This document shows, in pieces, positions 39,480 through 49,577 of a stretch of 64,000 nt of DNA. Where the stretch lies: positions 19,529-83,528 of the forward strand of contig JAGQWX010000018.1 of assembly GCA_020436935.1 (NCBI GenBank), given 5' to 3'. This stretch comes from Saprospiraceae bacterium. GTDB taxonomy: Bacteria > Bacteroidota > Bacteroidia > Chitinophagales > Saprospiraceae. Position 1 is the stretch's first letter. Each line of letters begins with the position of its first letter. The position numbers and the translations under genes are program-made. The notes beneath the pieces are model-generated. The model was not told where the DNA came from. It saw only the letters and a program-made list of their open reading frames with translations, and did no database searches.

Positions 39480-41084
39480 TTGACACAGGGTATTTATTCA
39501 TCTAAAAAGTATGAACATATGAGGAAACTTATGATTTTATGCTGCATTTGTGCAATTGCAGAATTCGCTATTGCTGGCGACACCTGTAAGTCAGGAAATT
39601 GTTCGAATGGCTTAGGTACACTGGTATCAGACACTTATACATACAAGGGTACCTTTCTCAAAGGGCAATTCCATGGCAAGGGTAAAATAGTCTTCAATGA
39701 CAAGAGTCAATACGAAGGCGCATTTCAAAATGGCTATATTGAAGGAGTAGGGGAGTATCGCTATTCCGGAGGTCATGTTTACAAAGGTGATTTCATCAAA
39801 AACGCCCGAAGTGGAAAGGGAACCATGTATTATGCCAATGGTGACAAATATAAAGGTGCCTGGAAGAAAGACATGATGCACGGGATAGGCATCTACTCAT
39901 TCAAAGACGGCAGTGAATACCGCGGTGAGTTTAAGGACAATGTATTTGCCGGAAGAGGAATGATGACCATGCCCAATGGTGAAGTGTTGAAAGGCATCTG
40001 GGAAAACAACAAAATGATAGGGCCAGACAAGAACCAGGACAGGAGTGATAATACTCCTGTAAACAACTGCAATGCTCAATATTGTCATGAAACCCAGGGC
40101 ACTTACCGGTACAGCGATGGCACCATGTATGTTGGTCACTTTATGAATGGTAAGCCTGCCGGTAAAGGAAGAGTCAATTACAGCAACGGCAGTGTTTATA
40201 TTGGAGACTGGCTCAATGGTGCTCCGCACGGAGAAGGCAAGCTGACCACCTCAACTGGTCAAATTGTCGAAGGGTCATGGTTGGCCGGAAGATATCAAAA
40301 GCAAAAAACTTCAGAACCTGCAAGACAGTCAGGTTCTATGATTGCCTCCTCATCCAAAAAGGACGGCAAAACAACAATATACAGTCTTGTAGTTGGCATT
40401 GCCAACTACAAGACCATGCCTTCTCTGCGGTATACCGATGATGACGCCTACCAGTTTTTTGCCTTTGCCAAAAGCCCTGAAGGGGGAGCAGTTGAAGACA
40501 ATAATATTTCAATTTTGATAGATGATGCTGCTACAGCCTCACGCATCGTCACTGAACTAAAAAGAATTACCTCAAAGGCTGATGCCGATGATGAGATCAT
40601 GGTGTATCTTTCAGGTCATGGACTCGACGGTGGTTTTGTGCCATTTGATTATGGGGAAGGAGCATCAGTATTGCCCTACAAAAACCTGCTCAGCATTATT
40701 GATGAATCCCCCGCAAAAAACAAGATTTGTTTTGCTGATGCCTGTTACTCTGGTAGCATGGCTGCGAGAACCACATATTTTGCCGGACTCGAAGATTTTT
40801 ATACCCAACTCAATGGGAGCGGTCCGGGCACAGTGCTGATCATGTCGTCTATGAACCAGGAAGTATCGCTCGAATATTCAGGCATTCGGCAGGGCATATT
40901 TTCCCACTTTCTAATCAAAGGCCTCAAAGGCGCAGCCAATACCCAAAAAGACCGCATCATCACGGTAGAAGAACTTTACAGCTATGTTTCTGACAGAGTT
41001 AAAACTTATACCAACCATGCTCAAAATCCCAATATTGCAGGCAATTATGACCCATATATGCCGGTAGCTTTCCTACGTCAATAG
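39480..41084 (+). CDS. Secreted MORN-repeat protein fused to a caspase-like (peptidase C14) domain
   Basis: Signal peptide from the internal Met (MRKLMILCCICAIAEFAIA). About 8-9 MORN repeats (YKG.F..G..HGKG...). C-terminal caspase fold with His in VYLSGHGLDGG and Cys in CFADACYSGSMA. Confidence 0.75.
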   Translation: MTQGIYSSKKYEHMRKLMILCCICAIAEFAIAGDTCKSGNCSNGLGTLVSDTYTYKGTFLKGQFHGKGKIVFNDKSQYEGAFQNGYIEGVGEYRYSGGHVYKGDFIKNARSGKGTMYYANGDKYKGAWKKDMMHGIGIYSFKDGSEYRGEFKDNVFAGRGMMTMPNGEVLKGIWENNKMIGPDKNQDRSDNTPVNNCNAQYCHETQGTYRYSDGTMYVGHFMNGKPAGKGRVNYSNGSVYIGDWLNGAPHGEGKLTTSTGQIVEGSWLAGRYQKQKTSEPARQSGSMIASSSKKDGKTTIYSLVVGIANYKTMPSLRYTDDDAYQFFAFAKSPEGGAVEDNNISILIDDAATASRIVTELKRITSKADADDEIMVYLSGHGLDGGFVPFDYGEGASVLPYKNLLSIIDESPAKNKICFADACYSGSMAARTTYFAGLEDFYTQLNGSGPGTVLIMSSMNQEVSLEYSGIRQGIFSHFLIKGLKGAANTQKDRIITVEELYSYVSDRVKTYTNHAQNPNIAGNYDPYMPVAFLRQ

Positions 41085-41409
41085 ATATCATCATGCAATA
41101 GAACTCCCCCCATTTTACATACTCTCCCACGAACCATTCTTCCCACTTTATTTTCAACACATTAAATAAGTCCTGTCTTCCCTTAATTCATTATCAGTTT
41201 ATGGCATTTTAAAAGACTTGTATTCGGCTGACATTTTATGTGATGCCCTACTGACCATGTTCTTGATTTTGCTGTAATCTCACATAGGTGATATGTGCTT
41301 TTTTACCTTTTTCAATAAGAAGTGCTCATAATTATGCTGAAAAAGCCATTGAATAAGTCCTCTATGCCAAATTTAAATAAAATAAAACTTTATTTTAGGT
41401 CTGAAGATT

Positions 41410-42414
41410 TTGCTAATATTTGGAGCTGTTTGGGTATTTTTGTTGACCAAGTTCCAATTTGTGATAGCAAAATTATTCAGGGAAGACAAAAATTCAGGGA
41501 TATACTATATGCTCATTGCAGCATTTTGTTTCGCCTTGACGGGGGCCTGTTCGCGTTTTCTCAGACACGACATGGGGCCTATACAATTGGTTTTTTTTAG
41601 AAATCTTATAGGTCTGCCCTTCATTATTTATGCTTTATGGAGCAATCCTCCACAACAGCAAGCAGGGGGGAAAATTGGCTTGCTAATTTTCAGGGGCCTG
41701 ATCGGGACAATTTCTTTGTATGCTTTGTTCTATTCTATTTCCAAAATTGGTCTGGCAGTTGCCATTACTTACCAACAATCTTATCCTGTTTTTTTATCGG
41801 TGATGAGTTTTTTTGTCTTTGGTGAACGTTTGAAGCTAAAGGAGTGGGTAGCGGTCCTGATGGGTTTCGCAGGCATTTGTCTCATCTTTTTTCCTCAAAT
41901 TGACGATGGAGCCCTCTCATTAAAAAGCAATGTAATTGGCTTTCTCAATGCTGTATTGACAGGTACCGCATATCTCAGCATCAGAGGCTTGAGGGCCTAT
42001 TATGATACAAGGACAATCGTGTTGTCTTTTATGCTTTGTGGCCTGTTGATGCCTGTCATTTCGATGGGTGTTGGCCATTTTTGGTACAATGCAAGTTTTG
42101 ATTTTATGGTTGAAAAATGGAAAACACCATTGATTGCAGACCTTCCGGCCATCTTGTTATTGGGGTTGGCTGCTCTTTTTGGACAAATCTTTCTGACGAT
42201 GGCTTTTAGCCACGAGAGAACAGGAATCATTGCCGCAGTAGGTTATTCCAATATTGTATTCTCTGTTTTTTTCGGACTATTTTTATCTGATGCCATTCCG
42301 TCCTTAGTAACCTGGGCAGGTATTCTGCTGGTCATTCTTTGTGGGGTGATTATTGCATTTAGCAACAAACGGAATAAAATCATAGAAGAATCTGTTGAAG
42401 GACTGCCTTCATAA
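41410..42414 (+). CDS. DMT-superfamily (EamA-like) transporter, ~10 TM
   Basis: Two EamA-like hydrophobic halves. Confidence 0.7.
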   Translation: MLIFGAVWVFLLTKFQFVIAKLFREDKNSGIYYMLIAAFCFALTGACSRFLRHDMGPIQLVFFRNLIGLPFIIYALWSNPPQQQAGGKIGLLIFRGLIGTISLYALFYSISKIGLAVAITYQQSYPVFLSVMSFFVFGERLKLKEWVAVLMGFAGICLIFFPQIDDGALSLKSNVIGFLNAVLTGTAYLSIRGLRAYYDTRTIVLSFMLCGLLMPVISMGVGHFWYNASFDFMVEKWKTPLIADLPAILLLGLAALFGQIFLTMAFSHERTGIIAAVGYSNIVFSVFFGLFLSDAIPSLVTWAGILLVILCGVIIAFSNKRNKIIEESVEGLPS

Positions 42415-42423
42415 TTAAAATAT

Positions 42424-42457
42424 AAAAGGTGGAAAAACCTTAAGTCTTCCCACCTTT
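42424..42457. terminator. Bidirectional terminator between convergent genes
   Basis: Perfect 9-bp stem aaaaggtgg ... ccacctttt with a 16-nt loop, followed by T-rich sequence. Confidence 0.55.
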
Positions 42458-42476
42458 TACTATTGTTTTTGAGGGC

Positions 42477-43883
42477 TTATTCCCCTTCTTTCCTGGGCTG
42501 TATCTTAGGCTGTTCCTCGCTGTTTTTTACAATGGATTCCGGAAGGGACATTCCGCTTTGTTTGAGGAAATCATTCAATTGTGGCATCATACCATACAAG
42601 CCTTTGACAAAGTTGCTTACACCCTGGCCGCTGCCTGAGTCGTATACCACCACTTTGTCGATGTCAAGGTCTTTGATGGCCGAAGTCTGGATGGAAGTCA
42701 GTTCGGCAAGTTTATCTACCATCAGATAGTTGATGGCACTCTGAGCATCACCTCCAGAGGCGTCCACCAATTTTTTGAAACCTTCTGCCTGTTTTGTCAG
42801 CAACTCTTCCATACCTTTTGCCTGAGCCGATAGTTTCAGAATGATGGCATCGGCCTCACCCTTGGCAATCTCTCTTTGTCTCTGTGCTTCAGCCTGAGCA
42901 GCAATGATGGCTTTTTCCTTTTCTATATCTGCTATTACTACCTCGTCGGCCTGTCTTTTTGCTTTCTCCATCTGCTTTCTGGCGATTTCCGCATTTTCCT
43001 CCGCTTTGTATGCTTCTTCCAACGCTTTCGCCGAAGCTACTTTTTGGGCTGCGGTAGCTTTTCTACCAGCCTCAGCTACCTCAATGTCTTTAAGGGCGTT
43101 GGAGTTGGCAACTTTAATTGAAGCTGAGTTGGTACCTTCTACTGCAGCAGCCACTGCTTCGGCTTCACCGATTTCAGCTTTACTGTTGGCATTTGCTACC
43201 TTGACGCGTTCTTCTTGTTTGGCTTCTGCCTGTCCGATGGAACCTACTCTTTCTTCAAGGGCCACTTTTACCTTGGCCTCGTTGATGGCTTTTGCTGCAG
43301 CTTCCTGACCCAGTGCCCTGATGTAACCGGATTCGTCAAGGATGTCGGTCACGTTCACGTTGATGAGTTCAAGACCTATTTTATGCAACTCAATACCGAT
43401 GTTGGTAAAAACCGATTCAACAAACTTATCCCTGTCGGTATTCAATTCTTCAATATCCATATTGGCGATGACCAGCCTCATCTGTCCCATGATGATGTCG
43501 TGAGCAAGACTTGCGATATCGTCTCTTTTCAATCCCAATACTCTCTCTGCTGCGGCGATCATCAGATTTGGTTTATTGCTGATGCCCACGGTAAATTGAG
43601 CAGGCACAGAAACCCTGATGTTTTGTTTTGACAGCGCGTCAACTAGATTGACATCGATCGACATCGGTGTCAGGTCCATGTATTTGTAATCCTGGATGAC
43701 AGGCCATACAAAAGTCGCACCACCTGCATAACACTTGGCAGCACTCTCAGACCCTGTCTTACCGTATACAACAAGAATTTTATCACTCGGACACCTTTTA
43801 TACCTGCTGATAAAAAAGACCAGCAGCAAAATGATCACGAATAAAATAAAGGCAACAAGAATAATCATTTCTACATTCATCAT
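42477..43883 (-). CDS. Flotillin-like SPFH/band-7 protein (YqiK-like)
   Basis: N-terminal TM, SPFH domain, long Ala/Glu/Lys-rich coiled coil (EAKVKVALEE...AEAKQEERVK). Confidence 0.85.
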   Translation of the reverse strand: MMNVEMIILVAFILFVIILLLVFFISRYKRCPSDKILVVYGKTGSESAAKCYAGGATFVWPVIQDYKYMDLTPMSIDVNLVDALSKQNIRVSVPAQFTVGISNKPNLMIAAAERVLGLKRDDIASLAHDIIMGQMRLVIANMDIEELNTDRDKFVESVFTNIGIELHKIGLELINVNVTDILDESGYIRALGQEAAAKAINEAKVKVALEERVGSIGQAEAKQEERVKVANANSKAEIGEAEAVAAAVEGTNSASIKVANSNALKDIEVAEAGRKATAAQKVASAKALEEAYKAEENAEIARKQMEKAKRQADEVVIADIEKEKAIIAAQAEAQRQREIAKGEADAIILKLSAQAKGMEELLTKQAEGFKKLVDASGGDAQSAINYLMVDKLAELTSIQTSAIKDLDIDKVVVYDSGSGQGVSNFVKGLYGMMPQLNDFLKQSGMSLPESIVKNSEEQPKIQPRKEGE

Positions 43884-43920
43884 TAGATAATTTATGGTGA
43901 TAACTATATTTCAAAGGGTG

Positions 43921-44433
43921 CTATCTTTGGGCTTGAACCCAAAGGACGTCATCTTTCTCATCAAAAATCAAAACTTCTTCCCCTGTTTTGATTTCCATAT
44001 TGTCGTTACTTTTGGCGGGAAGTTCACGTTCCACGCCATTGATTTCTACGGTCACCAATCCAGCCTCGCCCGGCAATATCCTGAGATATACTTTTGCTTT
44101 TTTGCCAATGGCTTCTTCAGCTTTCCAGTTGACATTTTTTTGATTTCTAAGCAATAGTTTGAAAATATAAGCCAGTATAGCTGCGGTAACCACACCTGAT
44201 ATCAGAGCAGTCAGTATGGCCAGGGACATATTGTATCCCGAGAGCATCAAATACCTGAGTACCCATGCCCCGACAGCCAGCATGGTCAGTACAGATTTGA
44301 AAATCCCGAAACCTCCGTCCATGGACATGTCTCCATCTCCTGCGTCGGTGTCACCACCAAGTATTCCGAGAAGTAACAGGATGACCAATAGCGCAGCTGC
44401 GATGATGGCGATATATGCGAGGGTTTCTGTCAT
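43921..44433 (-). CDS. NfeD-like (YqiJ-like) membrane protein, the usual partner of flotillin
   Basis: TM helices plus a C-terminal OB-fold-like region (GLVTVEINGVERELPAKS). Directly upstream of the flotillin gene on the same strand. Confidence 0.7.
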   Translation of the reverse strand: MTETLAYIAIIAAALLVILLLLGILGGDTDAGDGDMSMDGGFGIFKSVLTMLAVGAWVLRYLMLSGYNMSLAILTALISGVVTAAILAYIFKLLLRNQKNVNWKAEEAIGKKAKVYLRILPGEAGLVTVEINGVERELPAKSNDNMEIKTGEEVLIFDEKDDVLWVQAQR

Positions 44434-44569
44434 TGTTGTAGCTTTAGGATGGTCAGTATCAATGTTGATATATCATTACAACAAACGGTATTGATAAATT
44501 GGTTTCTAAATATCATGGTATTGGTCGGCCATAGCAGCTTTTTGGTCGGTTATCACTTTGTCAGCTGGT

Positions 44570-45886
44570 TTATTCCTGCCTCCATGCGTCTCTTTCCTGG
44601 GTAACCTGCCAAACAGCACCACTATTTTCAAGACTTGTAAACATTGGCGTCCAGTCGGCCGGCCCAGCTGAAAGTGTCAGTATTTCGTAACGCCTCATCT
44701 TCAATATGATGTCGAGAGGATTGATTAACACAGGACATTCTTCGACACATGCATTACAGGTAGTACATGCGTGTAATTCTTCAGCAGTAATTCTTTCAAA
44801 AAGACCTCCATCGGTATTCACTTCGCTTGTTCCATCTGAAATATTTGAGTTTACCAAATATTCTGCCCTGTCCCGCACATCCATCATTATCTTTCTGGGT
44901 GAAAGTTTTTTGCCCGTAAGATTGGCCGGACAAGCTGCGGTGCATCGTCCACACTCGGTACACGAATAGGCATCCATGATATTTTTCCAACTCAGATCAG
45001 TGACGTCCTTGGCTCCGAACTGTGGCATTTCACCATCAGCCATGCCACTCTCCCCGGCAGACTCCAGTCCAAACATAGATTTCACTTCATTCATAATCTC
45101 CGGCATATTGTCCATCTCACCCCTTGGCTTGATGCCCGTAAAGTAAACATTTGGGAATGCGAGAAATATATGGAGATGTTTGCTTACAGGCAGATAAAGA
45201 ATAAAACCAAAGACTACAAGAATATGCAACCACCAACCAAATCTTTCCAAAAAAACCAATGTTCCCAGAGACTTACCGCCAAAGAGCATAGGTCCAAGCC
45301 ATGATGAAACGGCCAATGGCCCCGTATATGCGTAATGAGCCGGATCGACGGTCTGTAAAACCTTGTCTGCACCATTCATGGTAAAAATGCCTATCAGTAG
45401 TAACAATTCCCCTAACAATATGTAGTTGGCATCGAGCTTCGGCCAGCCACCCATTTCGGGTTTGACAAATCGAGGCACTTTGAGCAGGTTTCTTCTGGAG
45501 AGGAAAACAAAAGTGGCGATCAATGCAAGGAAAGAAAGAATCTCTATCAAATTGATGACAAGGGTATACAATCCTCCAAGGTGGGGAGCAAAATAGCGAT
45601 GACTTCCAAAAAAGCCATCAATCAGAATTTCTATCAACTCAATCTGCGTCAAAAGAAAAGCAACATAAATGAAACCGTGGAATAGGGCTGGCATGAAGTT
45701 TTTGAACATTTTTTTCTGGCCAAGTGCGATCAAAAAGACATTTTTCAAACGCTCAGTGACGCTGCCTGTCGGACTATATTCTTTGCCAAGACGTATAGCA
45801 CGCACCACTTTACCATACCTTTTTACAGCCAGATAGCCAACGATTCCAATGATGAGTATAAATATGATCTGTTGCATAAACTTCAC
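44570..45886 (-). CDS. Membrane-bound (Fe-S)-binding oxidoreductase: NarI-like TM domain plus two 4Fe-4S cluster motifs
   Basis: Five TM helices, then CTECGRCTAACP and CTTCNACVEECP. HdrD/DsrK-like layout, but no adjacent CCG-domain gene. Confidence 0.7.
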   Translation of the reverse strand: MKFMQQIIFILIIGIVGYLAVKRYGKVVRAIRLGKEYSPTGSVTERLKNVFLIALGQKKMFKNFMPALFHGFIYVAFLLTQIELIEILIDGFFGSHRYFAPHLGGLYTLVINLIEILSFLALIATFVFLSRRNLLKVPRFVKPEMGGWPKLDANYILLGELLLLIGIFTMNGADKVLQTVDPAHYAYTGPLAVSSWLGPMLFGGKSLGTLVFLERFGWWLHILVVFGFILYLPVSKHLHIFLAFPNVYFTGIKPRGEMDNMPEIMNEVKSMFGLESAGESGMADGEMPQFGAKDVTDLSWKNIMDAYSCTECGRCTAACPANLTGKKLSPRKIMMDVRDRAEYLVNSNISDGTSEVNTDGGLFERITAEELHACTTCNACVEECPVLINPLDIILKMRRYEILTLSAGPADWTPMFTSLENSGAVWQVTQERDAWRQE

Positions 45887-46068
45887 ATTCTATTGTTATT
45901 GCAAGATAGGTCAATCGCCTTAAGATTAGACCATTTTCCATGATGAAATTTGATGATGAAGCCCAATTCAAATGCTGTATTTTAAAAAACCACATGTTGA
46001 GGGTAATCAACAGCCAAATGGTTCATTTCTTATTGTTTTTATATCACAACATATCCATCTAAGCCCGA

Positions 46069-47562
46069 TCAGATTTTACTTTGGATCCATTCTTCGAGGT
46101 CAAGGTATATAAATGCCCTCTTTTCATATGGATCGTATTTGAGATTTTGCACTTCCTCCAAAAACTTTCTGAACTCTTGTCTTCTGTCTCCAATCGGTGT
46201 TCTCACCAGTTTTGAGAAGAAGGATATGGCCTTGTGTTGCAAGGCATTGCCATCATGCAACTTACTCGCAATGATTTTGGTGTTATTGGCCAGATATTCC
46301 ATAATCTCTATGTTGCCCATATCGTAATGAGCCATCATAAACATGATCCTGGTATACACCTGTATGTCCTGTCTGAGAGCACCCATCTCCATTTTCTGAA
46401 TGTCGTTGAGATAATCTATGGCCTTGCCCGGATCTTTCGCCATCAGATGCATCCATGCGAACTTAAAATAGAATACCATGATTCTGTGCGAATCCAATTT
46501 GGATCTGTACCGGTTGATCCTTCGCATGGTCCCTGGAATGGCTGCAATGCCCTCTTTGTATTTTTTCTGAATGAAAAACTTGTTGAGCCTTCCATGGTGG
46601 ACATACATGAAAGATATGATTTGTGAATTAGGGCTAAACTTCTTGTAGTTGGCCTTTCTGAATTTCTCCAATTCATCCAGGCGAACTATGAATTTATCTG
46701 TTTCTCCGAGATTGAAAGAACACGTAAGCAGGTAGTGAAATCCCCGCATAAAAAGGTCAGGATCTTCCTCTATCATCTGAGGGGCAGACTTAAAGGCTTT
46801 GATCCACTTGTCTGCATATACGTAACAATTCTCAAAGTCAAGTGAAATATAATAATACCATACCAATGACTGATACAAATACACCTGTTCCGGGAAGTTG
46901 AGTTTTTTGATGTCGAGTTTTGGTAGGTTGTCCTCAAAGAAAGCATTGATACGTTCGTGTTCCTCGGCATTTTTGACATGCCCAAACTTGATGTAAAAGG
47001 CATGGAGGAGAAGCCTTAGATTAGAAAGTTTTGTGGAATTGAGAATTTCCTGACTCGTTTTTAGGGCAAGAGCAGTCAGATTTTCTGTTGTATCGGGTCC
47101 ACTTCTGGTGATGTGACGTGATTCGATCGTCTTTTCGGTTTCGAGCAGAGACAGAAAAAGGATGTCATTGTTTGACTTTAAAGCCAGTGCTTTTGCTTTT
47201 TCGAGGAGCTTAAGACTCTGCAGATAAAGCCCTTTACTGTATAAGATATCCACAAAATCCAGATATTCCCTGATCTCTATATCGGCCTTCTTTTGGATAT
47301 AGATCAACCGCAGACTGATCATGATTTGTTTGTACAAATGCCGCTTGAGATTGCTGTATTGAGACTTGTCTGTATCCTTTAATTTTGAAAAAATCAGGGG
47401 CTCATTGAGCTCTTTTTGTTTGTCCATCAATTCAAAAAGCTGGACGTATTTGAGGTTGTCACTGTCCTGAATGCGGTTGGCATAGACAGTGAAATTTCGT
47501 TTTTCTGCCTTGGAAAGCGATTTTATCAGTTGAAAAAGCTGGTCGGTTTGCGATATAGGCAT
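46069..47562 (-). CDS. Hypothetical all-helical (TPR-like) cytoplasmic protein, divergent from glnK
   Basis: 497-aa ORF, no recognisable motif. Confidence 0.5.
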   Translation of the reverse strand: MPISQTDQLFQLIKSLSKAEKRNFTVYANRIQDSDNLKYVQLFELMDKQKELNEPLIFSKLKDTDKSQYSNLKRHLYKQIMISLRLIYIQKKADIEIREYLDFVDILYSKGLYLQSLKLLEKAKALALKSNNDILFLSLLETEKTIESRHITRSGPDTTENLTALALKTSQEILNSTKLSNLRLLLHAFYIKFGHVKNAEEHERINAFFEDNLPKLDIKKLNFPEQVYLYQSLVWYYYISLDFENCYVYADKWIKAFKSAPQMIEEDPDLFMRGFHYLLTCSFNLGETDKFIVRLDELEKFRKANYKKFSPNSQIISFMYVHHGRLNKFFIQKKYKEGIAAIPGTMRRINRYRSKLDSHRIMVFYFKFAWMHLMAKDPGKAIDYLNDIQKMEMGALRQDIQVYTRIMFMMAHYDMGNIEIMEYLANNTKIIASKLHDGNALQHKAISFFSKLVRTPIGDRRQEFRKFLEEVQNLKYDPYEKRAFIYLDLEEWIQSKI

Positions 47563-47605
47563 AGCAAAGGCAGTTGGTATATATTATTGAAATTCAATGA
47601 TTTGT

Positions 47606-47617
47606 ATCAACGTTGAT
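47606..47617. promoter_or_regulatory. 12-bp perfect palindrome ATCAACGTTGAT ~115 bp upstream of glnK
   Basis: Read directly from the sequence. Position is consistent with a dimeric regulator operator. No known consensus assigned. Confidence 0.2.
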
Positions 47618-47732
47618 TTCTTTTGGAGATGACAAATATACAACAAATCAGTATTTATACTGATACTCTGCGGATGTAATCTTGTACTGTAAATTTTACA
47701 ATTAACTAGCTAATACAAAAAATTGATTCCGC

Positions 47733-48071
47733 ATGAAGAAAATTGAAGCAATCATCAGATCATCTAAGTTTGAAGCTGTGAAGACAGCGCTTAGCGAAAT
47801 CGGCGCAAATTTCTTTACCTTCTTTGAAGTAAAAGGTTTTGGAAAGCAGGCCGGAGAGCACGTAGTATACAGAGGTGCAGAATATGACCTTGGATACATC
47901 GCTCGTATGAAAATAGAAGTCATCGTTACCAACGACAGCGTTGAGAAGGTTTCCAACACCATCAGAAAGGCTGCCCACACTGGTGAAATCGGTGACGGTA
48001 AGATTGTCATCACTCCAATTGACGAGATCATTAGCATCAGAACTGCCAAGGTTAATGAATCTGCTCTTTAA
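47733..48071 (+). CDS. glnK: Nitrogen regulatory protein P-II
   Basis: MKKIEAIIRSSKFEAVKTAL...EVKGFGKQAGEHVVYRGAEY...GDGKIVITPI. Immediately upstream of amt. Confidence 0.92.
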   Translation: MKKIEAIIRSSKFEAVKTALSEIGANFFTFFEVKGFGKQAGEHVVYRGAEYDLGYIARMKIEVIVTNDSVEKVSNTIRKAAHTGEIGDGKIVITPIDEIISIRTAKVNESAL

Positions 48072-48116
48072 AACCGGAACAACTAAATTTTAAAACAAAG
48101 ACTAAATCGATTAAAT

Positions 48117-49343
48117 ATGGAAGAAGCAACAATTTCACAAGAATTATTCACGATTAACAATTTGTGGGTAATGATTGCAGCCGCTTTGGTATTCATCATG
48201 CACCTTGGGTTTGCATGTGTAGAAGCTGGTTTTGTACAAAAGAAAAACGTAGTAAACATATTATTCAAAAACACCACTATTCCTGCCATTGGACTTTTGA
48301 CTTATGCGCTGATGGGTTTCAATCTAATGTACCCTGGAAGTGATTACGCAGGAGGTTGGTTTGGATTCGCCGGATTTGGTATCGGCACTGATGAAGCAGG
48401 TCTTACCTCTGCATATACTGATTGGGGTGGATATACTTACTGGACAGACTTTATCTTCCAGGGTATGTTTGCAGCAACTTGTGCTACCATCGTATCAGGT
48501 GCTGTTGCAGAAAGGGTGAAACTTATTCCTTTCCTTATATTCACTACATTGTTTGTAGCAATAGCCTACCCAATCACAGGTATGTGGAAGTGGGGAGGAG
48601 GATGGCTCAATGAGCTTGGATTCCACGACTTTGCAGGATCTTCATTGGTTCACTCTGTAGGTGGATGGGGAGCACTCGCCGGAGCTATGTTGCTCGGACC
48701 AAGAAAGGGTAAGTACACAGAAAATGGCGTAAAACCAATCCCTGGTCACAGTATGCCATTGGCTACAATCGGAGTATTCTTACTTTGGTTCGGATGGTAC
48801 GGCTTTAACGGAGGTTCGGTACTTTCTGCAGATGCCCCAACGGTTTCACTGGTATTTGTGACTACTTCATTGGGTGCTGCTGCAGGTGCAATCACTGCCT
48901 TGTTTACCGCATTTTTTATGTTTAAATCATATGACCTTTCAATGGTGCTCAACGGTATCCTTGGAGGTCTGGTAGGTATCACTGCTGGTGCGGATGTTAT
49001 TACTCCAATGGAATCTATCATCATCGGAGGTATTGCCGGAATCATCATTCCATTCGCAGTTGTTTTCTTCGACAAATTGAAGATTGACGATCCTGTGGGT
49101 GCAACTTCTGTTCACCTCGTATGTGGTGTTTGGGGTACGCTAGCGGCAGGTATCTTCGGAGAAGGTAAAGACGTTGTAGCTCAGCTTACAGGAATTGCAG
49201 CAATTGGAGTGTTCTCATTCGCATTTGCTTTCATCGTATTCTATATTTTGAAATTGACAACTGGTATCAGAGTACCAGATACAGAAGAAGAAAGAGGGCT
49301 CGATATTACTGAGCACGAAATGGAAGCCTACAAAATGTTCTAA
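48117..49343 (+). CDS. amtB: Ammonium transporter (Amt family)
   Basis: 11-TM Amt signature regions (DFAGSSLVHSVGGWGALAGAMLLGPRKGKY). Adjacent to glnK. Confidence 0.93.
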   Translation: MEEATISQELFTINNLWVMIAAALVFIMHLGFACVEAGFVQKKNVVNILFKNTTIPAIGLLTYALMGFNLMYPGSDYAGGWFGFAGFGIGTDEAGLTSAYTDWGGYTYWTDFIFQGMFAATCATIVSGAVAERVKLIPFLIFTTLFVAIAYPITGMWKWGGGWLNELGFHDFAGSSLVHSVGGWGALAGAMLLGPRKGKYTENGVKPIPGHSMPLATIGVFLLWFGWYGFNGGSVLSADAPTVSLVFVTTSLGAAAGAITALFTAFFMFKSYDLSMVLNGILGGLVGITAGADVITPMESIIIGGIAGIIIPFAVVFFDKLKIDDPVGATSVHLVCGVWGTLAAGIFGEGKDVVAQLTGIAAIGVFSFAFAFIVFYILKLTTGIRVPDTEEERGLDITEHEMEAYKMF

Positions 49344-49372
49344 TCAGCAGTTAATAATCCCTTCAATAAAAA

Positions 49373-49408
49373 GCGGTTCTCATCTGCCAATGAGAACCGC
49401 TCTTAAAA
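49373..49408 (+). terminator. Rho-independent terminator after amt
   Basis: Perfect 11-bp stem gcggttctcat/atgagaaccgc with a 6-nt loop, then tcttaaaa. Confidence 0.6.
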
Positions 49409-49577
49409 CAAACACAATTAAAACAAAAACTAAATCGTGTCTATCTGACTAAAATCGATTTGCAAAGGTATAACAAAATATAGATTTCATTATCAGGAAA
49501 TTGTTATACACTAGTTAATAGATAGACTCTGGATTTGGTTTCAAAAACATTCAAAAACTAAATCTAATCTTTAAATT

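Noticed and set aside
42904-43308. Ala/Ser-rich plus-strand ORF antisense to the flotillin coiled-coil region
   Set aside because: Its low-complexity composition comes from the complement of GCn/GAn-rich coiled-coil codons. Spurious.
47560-47600. Possible sigma-54 -24/-12 promoter (tGGCATagcaaaGGCa) upstream of glnK
   Set aside because: The spacing and the -12 TTGC element do not fit the consensus. Probably a chance resemblance.
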